From: an uncultured Cytophagia bacterium
GTDB taxonomy: Bacteria; Zhuqueibacterota; Zhuqueibacteria; Residuimicrobiales; Krinioviventaceae
Direction of reading: 5' to 3'
NCBI GenBank assembly: GCA_964399735.1
Contig: CAYNSO010000003.1
Coordinates: 51,970-115,969 of the forward strand
Length of the DNA stretch: 64,000 nucleotides
Shown here: positions 1 through 9,630 of the stretch, in pieces
Layout: the number at the start of each line of letters is the position of its first letter
Position numbering within the stretch: position 1 is the stretch's first letter
Position numbers and translations under genes: made by a program
The notes under the pieces: model-generated
The model's input: the letters and a program-made list of their open reading frames with translations, nothing else
The model's database searches: none
What the model was told of the DNA's origin: nothing

Positions 1-684
1 TTTGGCTGCTCCCTTGCCCAGTTTGAACTGGTTACGGATCACAGCGCGCAGGTTGGTGCGGTTATGGTGCCAGACCCGCATATCAGTCTGCCAATAGATA
101 ACATCGCCACCTGCCAGCGCCCGGCGAAAAAAACGGCTGTCGCTGCCGTTCAAATAATTATCAAATGGTCCGTATTTAGCAAAAATGGCGCGGATGAAAA
201 AAACATTCAGTGTTCCACAGGGGCCAATTTTTATGCCATTGCGCACATTCCAGGAATCGAAAAATTCTAGTAAATACTCTACCGTACCCCAGAGACTGCG
301 GGGGGTGCCGTTCATGACCGGGCCGACGATGATCTGTTTGCCGGCCTTGTAACCGTTGATGATATCATTTACCCACAACTCTCCTACCCGGCAATCGGTA
401 TCGGTGAACAAAAACAGGTCCGATTTGGCATTGTTAATTCCCAAATTTCGTCCCTCGCCCGGATGCAATCGCTTTTTGGAGTGGATGAGATTGACTTGGG
501 GAAAATCTCTACTTACCAGTTCGGCAGTATTGTCTGTGCCGCTATCAACCACAATCACCTCAAAGGCATAATCCGTTTTTTGCGCCTGCAAGGATTGTAA
601 TAAATTACCAATATATCGGGCACAGTTATACGACGGTATAATCACAGAAGCGCATATCTCTTTATTTTGTTCAGCGTTATTCAT
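1..684 (-). CDS. Glycosyltransferase family 2 (partial; C-terminus lies beyond window start)
   Basis: Hand translation of the minus strand from ATG at 682-684 gives MNNAEQNKEICASVIIPSYNCARYIGNLLQSL...VIVVDSGTDNT...FTDTDC. This is the typical GT2 N-terminal Rossmann region with a DxD-like TDTD motif. There is no stop before position 1. The ORF track shows only short antisense ORFs here. Confidence 0.6.
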   Translation of the reverse strand, partial: MNNAEQNKEICASVIIPSYNCARYIGNLLQSLQAQKTDYAFEVIVVDSGTDNTAELVSRDFPQVNLIHSKKRLHPGEGRNLGINNAKSDLFLFTDTDCRVGELWVNDIINGYKAGKQIIVGPVMNGTPRSLWGTVEYLLEFFDSWNVRNGIKIGPCGTLNVFFIRAIFAKYGPFDNYLNGSDSRFFRRALAGGDVIYWQTDMRVWHHNRTNLRAVIRNQFKLGKGAAK

Positions 685-700
685 ATCGTTACTAAATTCA

Positions 701-1852
701 TTATATTTTACCCAGCTCGGAAATTTCTGCTGCCATACCGTCCCAACTAAACTTTTTATTCAATTCTTTGATATGGCTGCGCATTGTTTCCACCATTGCG
801 GTATTTAAAGCGCCATCGATAAAAAACCGTCTTCCTGCCACGACAATTGCATCGGCATTGCCCGGCGGCGTCAGGAACCCGGTTTCGCCATCGGTTACAA
901 TTTCGGCAAAACAGCTTAGATCAGAGGCAATAACCGGTTTTTCCATAGCCAGGGCAACCTGCAAAGCCCCGCTGCCGGTTGCCGAGGTATACGGAAAAAC
1001 CGCAATATCGGCGGCTGCATACAGCCGTTCTACTTCTTCATTGACGATATATTCATTCTTGCGGATAACTATTGCTTGCAGGTTATATTCACTGATTTGT
1101 TTTTGGATAATATCTTCTTCTTCATGCCATGCTTCGCCAGTGAGCAGCAAGCGGATATTCGGAAATTCTATTGCCAGAGTTTTCATAGCCTGGAGTAGAA
1201 CCGGCACACCTTTATATTTACGGATAAAGCCGAAAAACATCAGCACCACATGATTTGGATTAAAGCCCAAACGCTTGCGTTCCTCATCTCGCTGAGCAGA
1301 ATTTGTTTTGAAAAAATTATAATTGGGGTGCGCCTTGACCCTGACATTAGCTTTGGGAACCAGGTAAAGCAACGAATCGCGAATTTCACGGGAATGCGCA
1401 ATAAAATAATCACCCATACGCAACACCAGCCGGGTACAAAATTGGCCAAAGCGGCTGGATTCATGTTCAACCACATTATGGCAAATAAAGACAATTTTGG
1501 GTGTTTTTAATATTTTAATGCCGATGCAAATCACCCAGTAAGGCAGCGTCCAGAAAGATACCCACCAGGGAATGATAACCAGCTGCGGCCGGTGTTTTTT
1601 TATGTGAAAGATAACACGAAACCACGATAACGGATTAAGCGAATCCAGTAAATAATCGACTCCCGGTTCTTCCAGTTTCACCTGGCTTTTATCTTTATCT
1701 GTTTGGCCGGGATAAAGCCACATGGGATACTGACGTTTCACCGCGCCCAGCGCCACCTGGTGTTCCTTTTTCAAGGCGCGAAATAATAATGTAGTATAAT
1801 GGGAAATCCCGCCGCGATACGGCCAGGTTGGTCCAAGCATATATATTTTCAT
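701..1852 (-). CDS. Glycosyltransferase family 4 (GT-B, group 1)
   Basis: 383 aa. N-terminal MKIYMLGPTWPYRGGISHYT and C-terminal nucleotide-sugar-binding region with the E-x7-E-like motif (VFPYTSATGSGALQVALAMEKPVIASD), typical of GT4 enzymes. Confidence 0.8.
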   Translation of the reverse strand: MKIYMLGPTWPYRGGISHYTTLLFRALKKEHQVALGAVKRQYPMWLYPGQTDKDKSQVKLEEPGVDYLLDSLNPLSWFRVIFHIKKHRPQLVIIPWWVSFWTLPYWVICIGIKILKTPKIVFICHNVVEHESSRFGQFCTRLVLRMGDYFIAHSREIRDSLLYLVPKANVRVKAHPNYNFFKTNSAQRDEERKRLGFNPNHVVLMFFGFIRKYKGVPVLLQAMKTLAIEFPNIRLLLTGEAWHEEEDIIQKQISEYNLQAIVIRKNEYIVNEEVERLYAAADIAVFPYTSATGSGALQVALAMEKPVIASDLSCFAEIVTDGETGFLTPPGNADAIVVAGRRFFIDGALNTAMVETMRSHIKELNKKFSWDGMAAEISELGKI

Positions 1853-1889
1853 ATACCACCCCTCTGCTGCAAATCACTCCCTGTCCTGC

Positions 1890-2861
1890 TCACTTATCCG
1901 CCTCATCCCTTGCACCGCCTGTTACGTTGCTTTCCATTTTACGAACCCGGTATAATACATTTTCAATCAGCTGGCGGTTGGCGCCTATTAAATCAGCCAG
2001 CAGGCCAATAATAAATATCTGAAAGCCGACAATCAGTAAAACCGCAGCCAAAATCAGGGACTGTATGTGACCGGCCCCGGATACAAATAAATAAAAATAT
2101 AAAAACCGCAGACCGATCAGAGCGCCCAGTAAAAAGATTATTCCGCCAATATAGGTAAACATTTTTAACGGTTCGTACATGGTGTAAATACGCATGATGG
2201 TACTAACGGAACGTTTGATATATTGCCAGTTACTTTTAAAAAGCCGGGATTCGCGTATTTGTTCGTTAACACGCACCGGCACATGAGTAACAACCAGGTT
2301 CTTTTTGCCGGCCTGGATAATCGTTTCCAAAGTGTAGGTAAAGCGGCTGACGACATTGATTTGCATGGCGGCATCGCGCGAAAAGGCGCGAAAACCGCTG
2401 GGGGCATCCGGTATATTTGTATCGGAAACTTGCTGCACCACCCAGCTGCCAAGATTCTGTAGCCTCTTTTTAATCCAGGAAAAATGCTCAATTTCATTAG
2501 TCTGACGGTCGCCAATAACAATATCCGCTTCCTTTTTCAAGATGGGCGTGATCAGCTTTTCAATATCACTGCCGCAATATTGATTATCGGCATCGGTATT
2601 GACAATGATATCTGCGCCCAACTGCAGGCAGGCATCAATTCCGGCGTTAAACCCCTTGGCCAAACCCTTGTTGCGGGTAAAGCTGACAATGTGCTTTACT
2701 CCCAATTCCTGCGCCACTTGTACGGTACGATCACGGCTGCCGTCATCGACAACCAATATTTCAATTTCATCAATCCCGTTTATCTTTTGCGGAAGATCAG
2801 CCAGAGTTTGAGGCAGGGCTTTTTCCTCATTATAACAGGGTATTTGAATGATCAGTTTCAT
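1890..2861 (-). CDS. GT2 polyprenyl-phosphate sugar synthase (GtrB/ArnC/DPM1-like)
   Basis: 323 aa. IQIPCYNEE...VVDDGSRDRT...NTDADNQ (DxD) followed by two C-terminal TM helices (IGGIIFLLGALIGL..., LILAAVLLIVGFQIFIIGLL). This is the architecture of bactoprenol-phosphate glycosyltransferases. Confidence 0.8.
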   Translation of the reverse strand: MKLIIQIPCYNEEKALPQTLADLPQKINGIDEIEILVVDDGSRDRTVQVAQELGVKHIVSFTRNKGLAKGFNAGIDACLQLGADIIVNTDADNQYCGSDIEKLITPILKKEADIVIGDRQTNEIEHFSWIKKRLQNLGSWVVQQVSDTNIPDAPSGFRAFSRDAAMQINVVSRFTYTLETIIQAGKKNLVVTHVPVRVNEQIRESRLFKSNWQYIKRSVSTIMRIYTMYEPLKMFTYIGGIIFLLGALIGLRFLYFYLFVSGAGHIQSLILAAVLLIVGFQIFIIGLLADLIGANRQLIENVLYRVRKMESNVTGGARDEADK

Positions 2862-2884
2862 TTGATTAATTAATCCCGAAAAGA

Positions 2885-3850
2885 TTATTCTACAATTTCT
2901 TCAATATTATATTCAGTAATTTCATTGGCATGGGTATAAATAATCATTTCTCCCAACAAGCCAATGGATATCAATTGAATGCCGATAATAAACAACATAG
3001 CGCCGAGCAGCAGCATAGGCCGTCCGGCAATTGCGCCATAACCTAAAATCCGGTAAATAAACAAATAAATATTGATCACAGCGCCAATCAAGGTAAAGAT
3101 CACACCTATAAAGCCCAAAAAATGCAGCGGCTTTTTAGAGTATTTGCTGATGAAAATGACATTGAGAAAATCCAGTAACCGTTTGATATAATTTTTAGGA
3201 TAAAGGGATTGCTCAAAATGACCCGGCAGTTGTTCAATGCTTTCCTCAGTAATTTTATAACCCTGCCGGTGGGCAAGAACCGGAATAAAGGCATTCAGTT
3301 CACCATAAAAAGGCACATGTTCAAGCAGAGACTTGCGCGTTGCCAGCACGCCGCTGTTAATATCGTGCAGTTGTAATTTGGTCATTGAACTGGTCATGCA
3401 GTTAAACGCTTTAGAGACAAGTTGATTCAACCGCGAATCACGCCGGGGCGAACGCACACCAATAACAATATCAAACCCCTCATCCAGTTTTTGTACAAAA
3501 CGCACCAAATTTTCAGGACTGACATTGACCCGGCAGGTAAAATAAATAATCTTTTCACCGGCGGCCAGTTTCATACCGGCATCCAGTGCAGCAGATTCGC
3601 CAAACATAGTGCGCAATTTGACCAGCTTGATCTTTTGAAATTGACCGGCCAGTTCCAGCATCTTGTTCCAGGTACCGTCGCTGCTGCCGTCATCGACATA
3701 AATGATCTCAAAATCAAATGCAGCGGCAGTAAAGATCTGCTGTAATTGCTGATTCAGTTCCGGCAAATAATCCTGCTGGTTCTGTGCAGTAATTATTATA
3801 GATACCAGTTTATGATCATTATTGCTTGGCATTGGTTTAATTTGCTCCAT
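2885..3850 (-). CDS. GT2 GtrB-like paralog with degenerate DxD motif (possible pseudo-enzyme)
   Basis: 321 aa with the same architecture as its neighbours (IIITAQNQ...VDDGSSDGT, two C-terminal TM helices). At the position where the paralogs carry DAD/DGD it carries FTCRVN instead. Confidence 0.7.
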   Translation of the reverse strand: MEQIKPMPSNNDHKLVSIIITAQNQQDYLPELNQQLQQIFTAAAFDFEIIYVDDGSSDGTWNKMLELAGQFQKIKLVKLRTMFGESAALDAGMKLAAGEKIIYFTCRVNVSPENLVRFVQKLDEGFDIVIGVRSPRRDSRLNQLVSKAFNCMTSSMTKLQLHDINSGVLATRKSLLEHVPFYGELNAFIPVLAHRQGYKITEESIEQLPGHFEQSLYPKNYIKRLLDFLNVIFISKYSKKPLHFLGFIGVIFTLIGAVINIYLFIYRILGYGAIAGRPMLLLGAMLFIIGIQLISIGLLGEMIIYTHANEITEYNIEEIVE

Positions 3851-3864
3851 ATCTTGTATTTACC

Positions 3865-4821
3865 TTAATATTCAAATTTTTTTCGGGAACCGGTATTCAC
3901 TACCAGTTTACCCACCAGACCATAACACATAAATAAAAAAGCAGTCGCCCAAAGTAGCAAAATAAGAGTAATTTGTATATTTAACTTGGCTGCATCAAAA
4001 TGCTGCATCAGAAAATGATACATAAAATGAACAAAAACAATAATACCGGACCAAAAACATAACGAAGCAAAGGCAGAGAAAAAGCGCAAGGGGTTATGCA
4101 AATGCTTCATCAGCAGCCGGATGGTGGTTAAATCCATAATCACGCGAAAAGTGCGGGTAAGATTATACTTGGACTTGCCAAACTCGCGCGCATGATGGGT
4201 TACCGGCATTTCCGTAATCTGCGCGCCCTGCATACGCAACAACGCCGGAATAAAACGATGCAGTTCACCATAAAGCGAGATACTGCGCAACAAATCGCCG
4301 CGAAACGCTTTGAGTGAACAGCCGGTATCGTGCAATTTTACATTCGTTACCGAGCAAATGATTCGGTTGGCAATTTTTGAAGGCACTTTGCGGACAATAA
4401 ACTTGTCCTTACGGTTCTTGCGCCAGCCACTCACCACGTCATATCCTTGTTCCAGTTTTTGCAGAATCAGCGGAATATCTGCCGGATCATTCTGCAGGTC
4501 GCCATCCATAGCAATCACATTAACGCCGCGGGTGGCTTTGAATCCTGCGGCCATGGCTGCCGACTGCCCGAAATTAGCGCGAAACAAAATGGCTTTGAGC
4601 GGTGCGTTTTCCTGCGCCAGGCGGCGCATTACATCGCGGGTGCCGTCGGCGCTGCCGTCATCAACAAAGATCACTTCATAACTCTTGCCCAACTGATCTA
4701 AAACGCCACTTAACACGCACCATACCCGTTCAACATTTTCTATTTCATTATAAAAAGGAATAACAACGGACAGGTATGGTTGCTCCGTTTGCTTTTCGTT
4801 TATTTCTTTTTCATACATCAT
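3865..4821 (-). CDS. GT2 polyprenyl-phosphate sugar synthase (GtrB/ArnC/DPM1-like)
   Basis: 318 aa. LSVVIPFYNEIENV...VDDGSADGT...AMDGDLQND (DxD), C-terminal TM helices. Confidence 0.8.
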   Translation of the reverse strand: MMYEKEINEKQTEQPYLSVVIPFYNEIENVERVWCVLSGVLDQLGKSYEVIFVDDGSADGTRDVMRRLAQENAPLKAILFRANFGQSAAMAAGFKATRGVNVIAMDGDLQNDPADIPLILQKLEQGYDVVSGWRKNRKDKFIVRKVPSKIANRIICSVTNVKLHDTGCSLKAFRGDLLRSISLYGELHRFIPALLRMQGAQITEMPVTHHAREFGKSKYNLTRTFRVIMDLTTIRLLMKHLHNPLRFFSAFASLCFWSGIIVFVHFMYHFLMQHFDAAKLNIQITLILLLWATAFLFMCYGLVGKLVVNTGSRKKFEY

Positions 4822-5407
4822 GCTTTATAAACCGTTTTTTTAGCAATAAAGCAACAATGACAACCGGCAGCAGCAGATAAATTTCCCGCACCACCGCCAT
4901 AGCATTGTGCCGGTTGAACAAGCTTTTAAAAAATCCCGCGGCATCTGCGCTCCGATGTATATCGGTGAACAAACTTGCAGGAATAATATAATACTGACTA
5001 CTCAAAGGCCAAAACAGCGGCGCACCAAACGGCGGATTGCTGTCGATTGTAACTAGATCAAACAATAAATGTAACAAGCCTGCCAGTACAAATATCAAGG
5101 CCAAAAAACGAAATTGCCGGGCATTCTTTCTGCTGCACAACCAGGCGCCGGGTAAAGCGGCCAGAACTACAAATAAAATGGTATGGGTAACTCCATGATG
5201 ATAACGATTCGGTTCGCCAACCATCAAGCCGAATAAAAAATCAATATCCGGTAATACTGCAAAAAACAGTGAGCCGATCAGAGCGATCCAGTTCAGCTTT
5301 TTACCTGTCCCCACAGTATAAACGACTAGTCCGCCTAAAGCATGTCCAATTGGTGAAGCCATAATCCTTGATTTTTTAAAAATATTACATTTATTACATG
5401 CCGCCAT
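4811..5407 (-). CDS. Small polytopic membrane protein, YdjM/DUF457-like putative membrane-bound metal-dependent hydrolase
   Basis: 198 aa. Several TM helices with conserved His/Asp clusters (PIGHALGG, LPDIDFLFG, HHGVTH). It overlaps both neighbours, indicating translational coupling. The start is uncertain: the second ATG (about 5362), preceded by AAGGA, may be the real one. Confidence 0.4.
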   Translation of the reverse strand: MAACNKCNIFKKSRIMASPIGHALGGLVVYTVGTGKKLNWIALIGSLFFAVLPDIDFLFGLMVGEPNRYHHGVTHTILFVVLAALPGAWLCSRKNARQFRFLALIFVLAGLLHLLFDLVTIDSNPPFGAPLFWPLSSQYYIIPASLFTDIHRSADAAGFFKSLFNRHNAMAVVREIYLLLPVVIVALLLKKRFIKHDV

Positions 5408-6737
5408 TCATTGAATAAAGACGGGCAGTTAATATGATATACACATTATAAAGCAACAATATGGAAATAAATACATTAAAAACAACTTTAACATGCACCG
5501 GACGGTGTAAAATTTTCAGCTTTTTTTCCGGTAATTGCGTTATGATTAAATTAATCACAAACATAAATGGCAAATACAGGGCAAGAATATGCCGTACCGA
5601 AGGTCCCAGGTAATTCCACCAGGCATTCAAACCAAAAAACACTCCAAAATAACAAAACAGGAACAGGAATAAAAACAAATGCTGTTTTAATAATTGCCAG
5701 GCTCTTACCCGGTTCATAAACAGGACGAGCAGAAAGTACAGAGTATAGAAAAAAATGAACCAGAAATAACCATACGCCTGTTTACTGGCTTTGATGGAAG
5801 TGATGCCGCCCGTCCAAACCCGGTTAAAAACCTGGGCCAGGGTATGTTCCTGGAAATACTTTTTCATACCGGGAATCTGCTCCGGGGGCATTTGTGGCCA
5901 GCCGACCCGGTCGCCATGAGCGCGGGTGCCGCTTTTCATTTGCTCGCGGGAATCGTACCACATGTAAAAAGTAGAATTAACATTATAAAAATACTTGCCG
6001 AATATCTTTTTATTGTTTTGAATATAGGGGTAAACAATTACAATAAATGTAACAAGTACCAATACAAGACTGACAAAGGGCACAAGCTGCTGTTTGAGGT
6101 TAATGGAATGAGACGTGCGATTGTGCAGACCAGTTATAAACACATAAATCTGTTTACATGTAAACCACACTGCCAGCAAACCCAAAGCCGGCATTACCGA
6201 TGCTTTGGTTAGAAAGGTGAGCCCGGTAAAAACTCCGGTAAGAATTGCATAATACCAGGTTGGCGCTGTAAACATTTTCAGAATGAGTAAAAAGGTAAGG
6301 AATGATAAAAAGAAAAATAATAACTCGCACTGAAAATAAGGCGCTTTAAAAATAAACACTGTAAATGCGGTTATAAAAAAAAGGTTTACAGCGGCATGGC
6401 GCGGGAAAAACCTGAAAAAAATCCACGCCAATGCGGCCAGTATCAATAAAGCGATTATTATATTTATCCGCTTACCCAGCACAAAATAATCATCCAGCGA
6501 CATACCCGTTTTATAAAACACCGACAGGATCAGGGGATACAAGGGGTGACGATTGCGATCGCCGGTAAAATGATAATTGGTATCGTGCAAATTGTGGGCA
6601 TAATACATATATGCGCCCTGGTCAAATTTGTTATAATCGGTATTCACCTCGCGGGCGTGCCGGTCTGCGCCATAATAAAAAATTCCAATGAACAAAGCTG
6701 CAACCAGGATAACAAGCGCAATTTTTAAATACTTCAT
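5394..6737 (-). CDS. GT-C fold membrane glycosyltransferase (ArnT/PMT, GT39/GT83-like)
   Basis: 447 aa, about 11 predicted TM helices. The first loop carries FDQGAYMYYAHN, resembling the D-E/Q-x-x-Y loop motif of the ArnT/PMT_2 family. It lies adjacent to the GtrB-like GT2 genes. Confidence 0.6.
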   Translation of the reverse strand: MKYLKIALVILVAALFIGIFYYGADRHAREVNTDYNKFDQGAYMYYAHNLHDTNYHFTGDRNRHPLYPLILSVFYKTGMSLDDYFVLGKRINIIIALLILAALAWIFFRFFPRHAAVNLFFITAFTVFIFKAPYFQCELLFFFLSFLTFLLILKMFTAPTWYYAILTGVFTGLTFLTKASVMPALGLLAVWFTCKQIYVFITGLHNRTSHSINLKQQLVPFVSLVLVLVTFIVIVYPYIQNNKKIFGKYFYNVNSTFYMWYDSREQMKSGTRAHGDRVGWPQMPPEQIPGMKKYFQEHTLAQVFNRVWTGGITSIKASKQAYGYFWFIFFYTLYFLLVLFMNRVRAWQLLKQHLFLFLFLFCYFGVFFGLNAWWNYLGPSVRHILALYLPFMFVINLIITQLPEKKLKILHRPVHVKVVFNVFISILLLYNVYIILTARLYSMNGGM

Positions 6738-6822
6738 ATCATTCTCACCTTGATCACTTTGATCATCTTGCTAAATTTTTAACACCATTTCTAAATAACC
6801 GCAAAGCGCGTCTGAACATGTT

Positions 6823-8151
6823 TTAAACTGTTGATGCGCCGTTTTCACTTTTATTCAATAACGAAACCACAAATTTAAACTTGCCGGTCTCTTCATAAGG
6901 TACTTTATCAACAACATGAATATTAATTTGCATGGTATCGCCAAGCTCCTCCAGTAACAGATTACGCAGCAATTGGTGCAAATCATCGGTAAACTGTTTA
7001 ACCGGTACAACATAAAAATCAATAACTCCCGGAACACGTTGCACAATTTGGGATAATCGTATTCCTTTGGCAAAAGTAGTAGCCTTTTGCAAACCGCCAA
7101 TATATTTGCCATATTTGTTGATGAGGCGGTCATCCATCCGTCCAATCAGGCGGTCGATCAACGGCAAGGTTCTGCCGCAGGCACACACCCGGTCGGTAGC
7201 AATCGCATAATCTTTGGTATCATAACGGATGAGTGGAAAAGCGCGGTTATGGAGTCCGGTTGAAATAATTCTTGCTTCCTCACCCGGTTTTGCCGGCGTA
7301 CCGTCATCTTTGATCAATTCGACGTGACCATACTCGGAAGCGATATGATAACCGCCATGCGGGCATTGAATGATCAAAGCCGTGTGCTCGATCAACCCGT
7401 AATTATCGCTTACCGGCGCTCCTGACCAGCTTTCCATAAACTGGCGTTGATTTTCTACCAGCGATTCCGCTACAGACACTATAAACCGGGGCTTGACATC
7501 TGTTATTCCCGCATCGTTCAAAACATGGCAGAGATGATTGAGAGCCGAAGAGTGTCCGCGCCAAAACTTTATCTTGTATTTACGCAGCAAAGCGGCGTAT
7601 TCGTGAATATTGGTTTCATCAATATATTGCGAAGAGAATTCCAGGCCGCGGCACTGCCAGTTCCAGCGATACTTGTTTGGCAGGTGCATTTTAAAATTAC
7701 GAATGTCCATAAAACCATCCCCCAGCTTGTAACCAAACCAGGAAAAATGCCGCCACTGGTGCACCAGTTCAACACTATTGATAAAATTATCCCAATAAAC
7801 TTCCAGAGGTGTGCCTGTTGTACCGCTGGTGTATACAGTTACAGGCCGGTATTTGTTAAAATTATCGGCTTTTAATTCATCCGTATGTTCCAGTACCAGT
7901 TCTTTGGAAAAGATCGGAATTTTATACAGATCAGCAAAAGAATTAAAATCTTGTCGGGCAAGGCCGTTTTCCTGGAAAAATTTGCGATAAAATGGCACGT
8001 TTGCAAAGCAATGATCCAGCATTTTGGAAAAATAAACCCATTGCAGTTGTTGCAATTTTTCAACAGAATAGTATTGGGTTTTCCACAACAACAGCCGCCA
8101 TTTTAACAGGTTGAATGGTGAAAAAAAATCTTCTAATCTGAATTCTTTCAT
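6823..8151 (-). CDS. CapK-like adenylate-forming enzyme (phenylacetate-CoA ligase / coenzyme F390 synthetase family)
   Basis: 442 aa. AMP-binding P-loop-like motif VYTSGTTGTPLEV. Size and N-terminal region are typical of CapK proteins found in capsule loci. Confidence 0.65.
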   Translation of the reverse strand: MKEFRLEDFFSPFNLLKWRLLLWKTQYYSVEKLQQLQWVYFSKMLDHCFANVPFYRKFFQENGLARQDFNSFADLYKIPIFSKELVLEHTDELKADNFNKYRPVTVYTSGTTGTPLEVYWDNFINSVELVHQWRHFSWFGYKLGDGFMDIRNFKMHLPNKYRWNWQCRGLEFSSQYIDETNIHEYAALLRKYKIKFWRGHSSALNHLCHVLNDAGITDVKPRFIVSVAESLVENQRQFMESWSGAPVSDNYGLIEHTALIIQCPHGGYHIASEYGHVELIKDDGTPAKPGEEARIISTGLHNRAFPLIRYDTKDYAIATDRVCACGRTLPLIDRLIGRMDDRLINKYGKYIGGLQKATTFAKGIRLSQIVQRVPGVIDFYVVPVKQFTDDLHQLLRNLLLEELGDTMQINIHVVDKVPYEETGKFKFVVSLLNKSENGASTV

Positions 8152-8185
8152 TTACCACATCTTTAAATTTCAAGATACAAATTAA

Positions 8186-9628
8186 TCAATCTTCAACAAC
8201 ATGAGCGGCGAAATCCTCGCGGTATTTTTTCCACAATGCCGAATTCCAGCTCAGGTCGGAGTCCAGACATTCATTCGCACGCAAAGCCATTTCCATAGTA
8301 TGATGGGTATTGTCGTGAGCAAATAAACCCTGCCTGCCAAGCGAAACCATACCGGAAAACTGAAGGATATAATTGTCGAGCGCCTCTAAATGGTCGGCAA
8401 AATTCTGGTTATAAATGGGATAAGCAAAAGCCAGGCGCTTTGTGTATGCCTTGCGTACCGGACAATTCACTGTCAATTCCATCTGCTGGAGTTCATTTAA
8501 TACTCGCTCCGTTATTGCTTCGTCGCTTGAATTCCATATTTCATCATCGGTGTTACATGGAATTTCTGAACACAATCCGGTTAATCCACGAGGTTGTTCA
8601 TTGCTACTGTAATTTTTGGTTTCCGATATTCTTGAAATAATAAAATGGTCATCGGGCACATAATGGGCATCAAAACTAGTAAACTGATCAGTCTCCAGCA
8701 CCAGGTAATGAAGGATCATGCTGCGGTATTGTAATTTTTTTCCTGCTTCCTGAATATGCTGCGGGGGCGCCGGATTGAGCAAACGCGCCAGCACGGTTAG
8801 CGGAATAGTTGAAAAAACAAAATTACAGCGGCAGTCAATAACCTCGGTTGAATTTTCAGAATTGATTTTTAGCCGCACATTGTCCGGCCGGCCCTGCCTG
8901 AAGCTGATTTGTTCAGCCGTTGAGGAATAATAGATTTTCCCTCCCAGCCGCTCTACCTCGCGGGCAAGAACAACGCTGATCTGCCCGAAACCCTGCCGCG
9001 GATAGAAAAATCGACCGGCGTTTTCCTTTTTAATTCCCGGCAACAGCGACAACACTTTTTTAATAATTTTGCCAAAACTGTTGGCCGCTACCCGACGCTG
9101 CGCCTGAATGATGGAAATTTCCTGCGGCGGCAGTCCCCATAGTTTTTTGGCATAGGGAAAATAAAAATTTTTACAAATGGTTTTTCCCAGTCCTTGCAAA
9201 AGAGCATCGGCAAAAGAGTTTTGCGGCGTGTTTTTTTTACGAAACGGTTTAAGCAGCAAATCGCCGGTAAAACCAATCACAAAAGAAAACGGCAAATGCA
9301 GAACAAGATCAACCGGGTTTAACGGAAACTTGACAAAACGATTTAATAAACGGATTCGACCATTGCGGGGTCGGTTGAGTAGATCGTCACCCAGTAACGC
9401 CTGTAACTCGTGTAAAATTTCAGGCGCAGTAGCCGGGTGCAAACGATGACTGCCAAAGTCAAAATATAATCCTTCATCATTAAAACTGGCGGCAATACCA
9501 CCGGGATATGGCTTTTGTTCGACAAGAATTACATTCCAGTCCGGTTGTTTACGGTGTAAAAGTTGTAATGCCAGCATTAAACCGGCAGGGCCTGCTCCTA
9601 ATATGATAATATTCTTTTTTTCTTCCAT
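8186..9628 (-). CDS. FAD/NAD(P)-binding oxidoreductase (amine-oxidase/protoporphyrinogen-oxidase-like fold)
   Basis: 480 aa. N-terminal dinucleotide-binding motif IIILGAGPAGLMLALQL...VEQKPYPGG. Confidence 0.65.
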   Translation of the reverse strand: MEEKKNIIILGAGPAGLMLALQLLHRKQPDWNVILVEQKPYPGGIAASFNDEGLYFDFGSHRLHPATAPEILHELQALLGDDLLNRPRNGRIRLLNRFVKFPLNPVDLVLHLPFSFVIGFTGDLLLKPFRKKNTPQNSFADALLQGLGKTICKNFYFPYAKKLWGLPPQEISIIQAQRRVAANSFGKIIKKVLSLLPGIKKENAGRFFYPRQGFGQISVVLAREVERLGGKIYYSSTAEQISFRQGRPDNVRLKINSENSTEVIDCRCNFVFSTIPLTVLARLLNPAPPQHIQEAGKKLQYRSMILHYLVLETDQFTSFDAHYVPDDHFIISRISETKNYSSNEQPRGLTGLCSEIPCNTDDEIWNSSDEAITERVLNELQQMELTVNCPVRKAYTKRLAFAYPIYNQNFADHLEALDNYILQFSGMVSLGRQGLFAHDNTHHTMEMALRANECLDSDLSWNSALWKKYREDFAAHVVED

Positions 9629-9630
9629 TC

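Noticed and set aside
768-1253. 161-aa plus-strand ORF
   Set aside because: Entirely antisense to the well-supported GT4 gene at 701-1852. Low-complexity Ser/Ala/Ile-rich translation, typical of a shadow ORF.
5694-6212. 172-aa plus-strand ORF
   Set aside because: Antisense within the GT-C membrane glycosyltransferase gene. No recognisable features.
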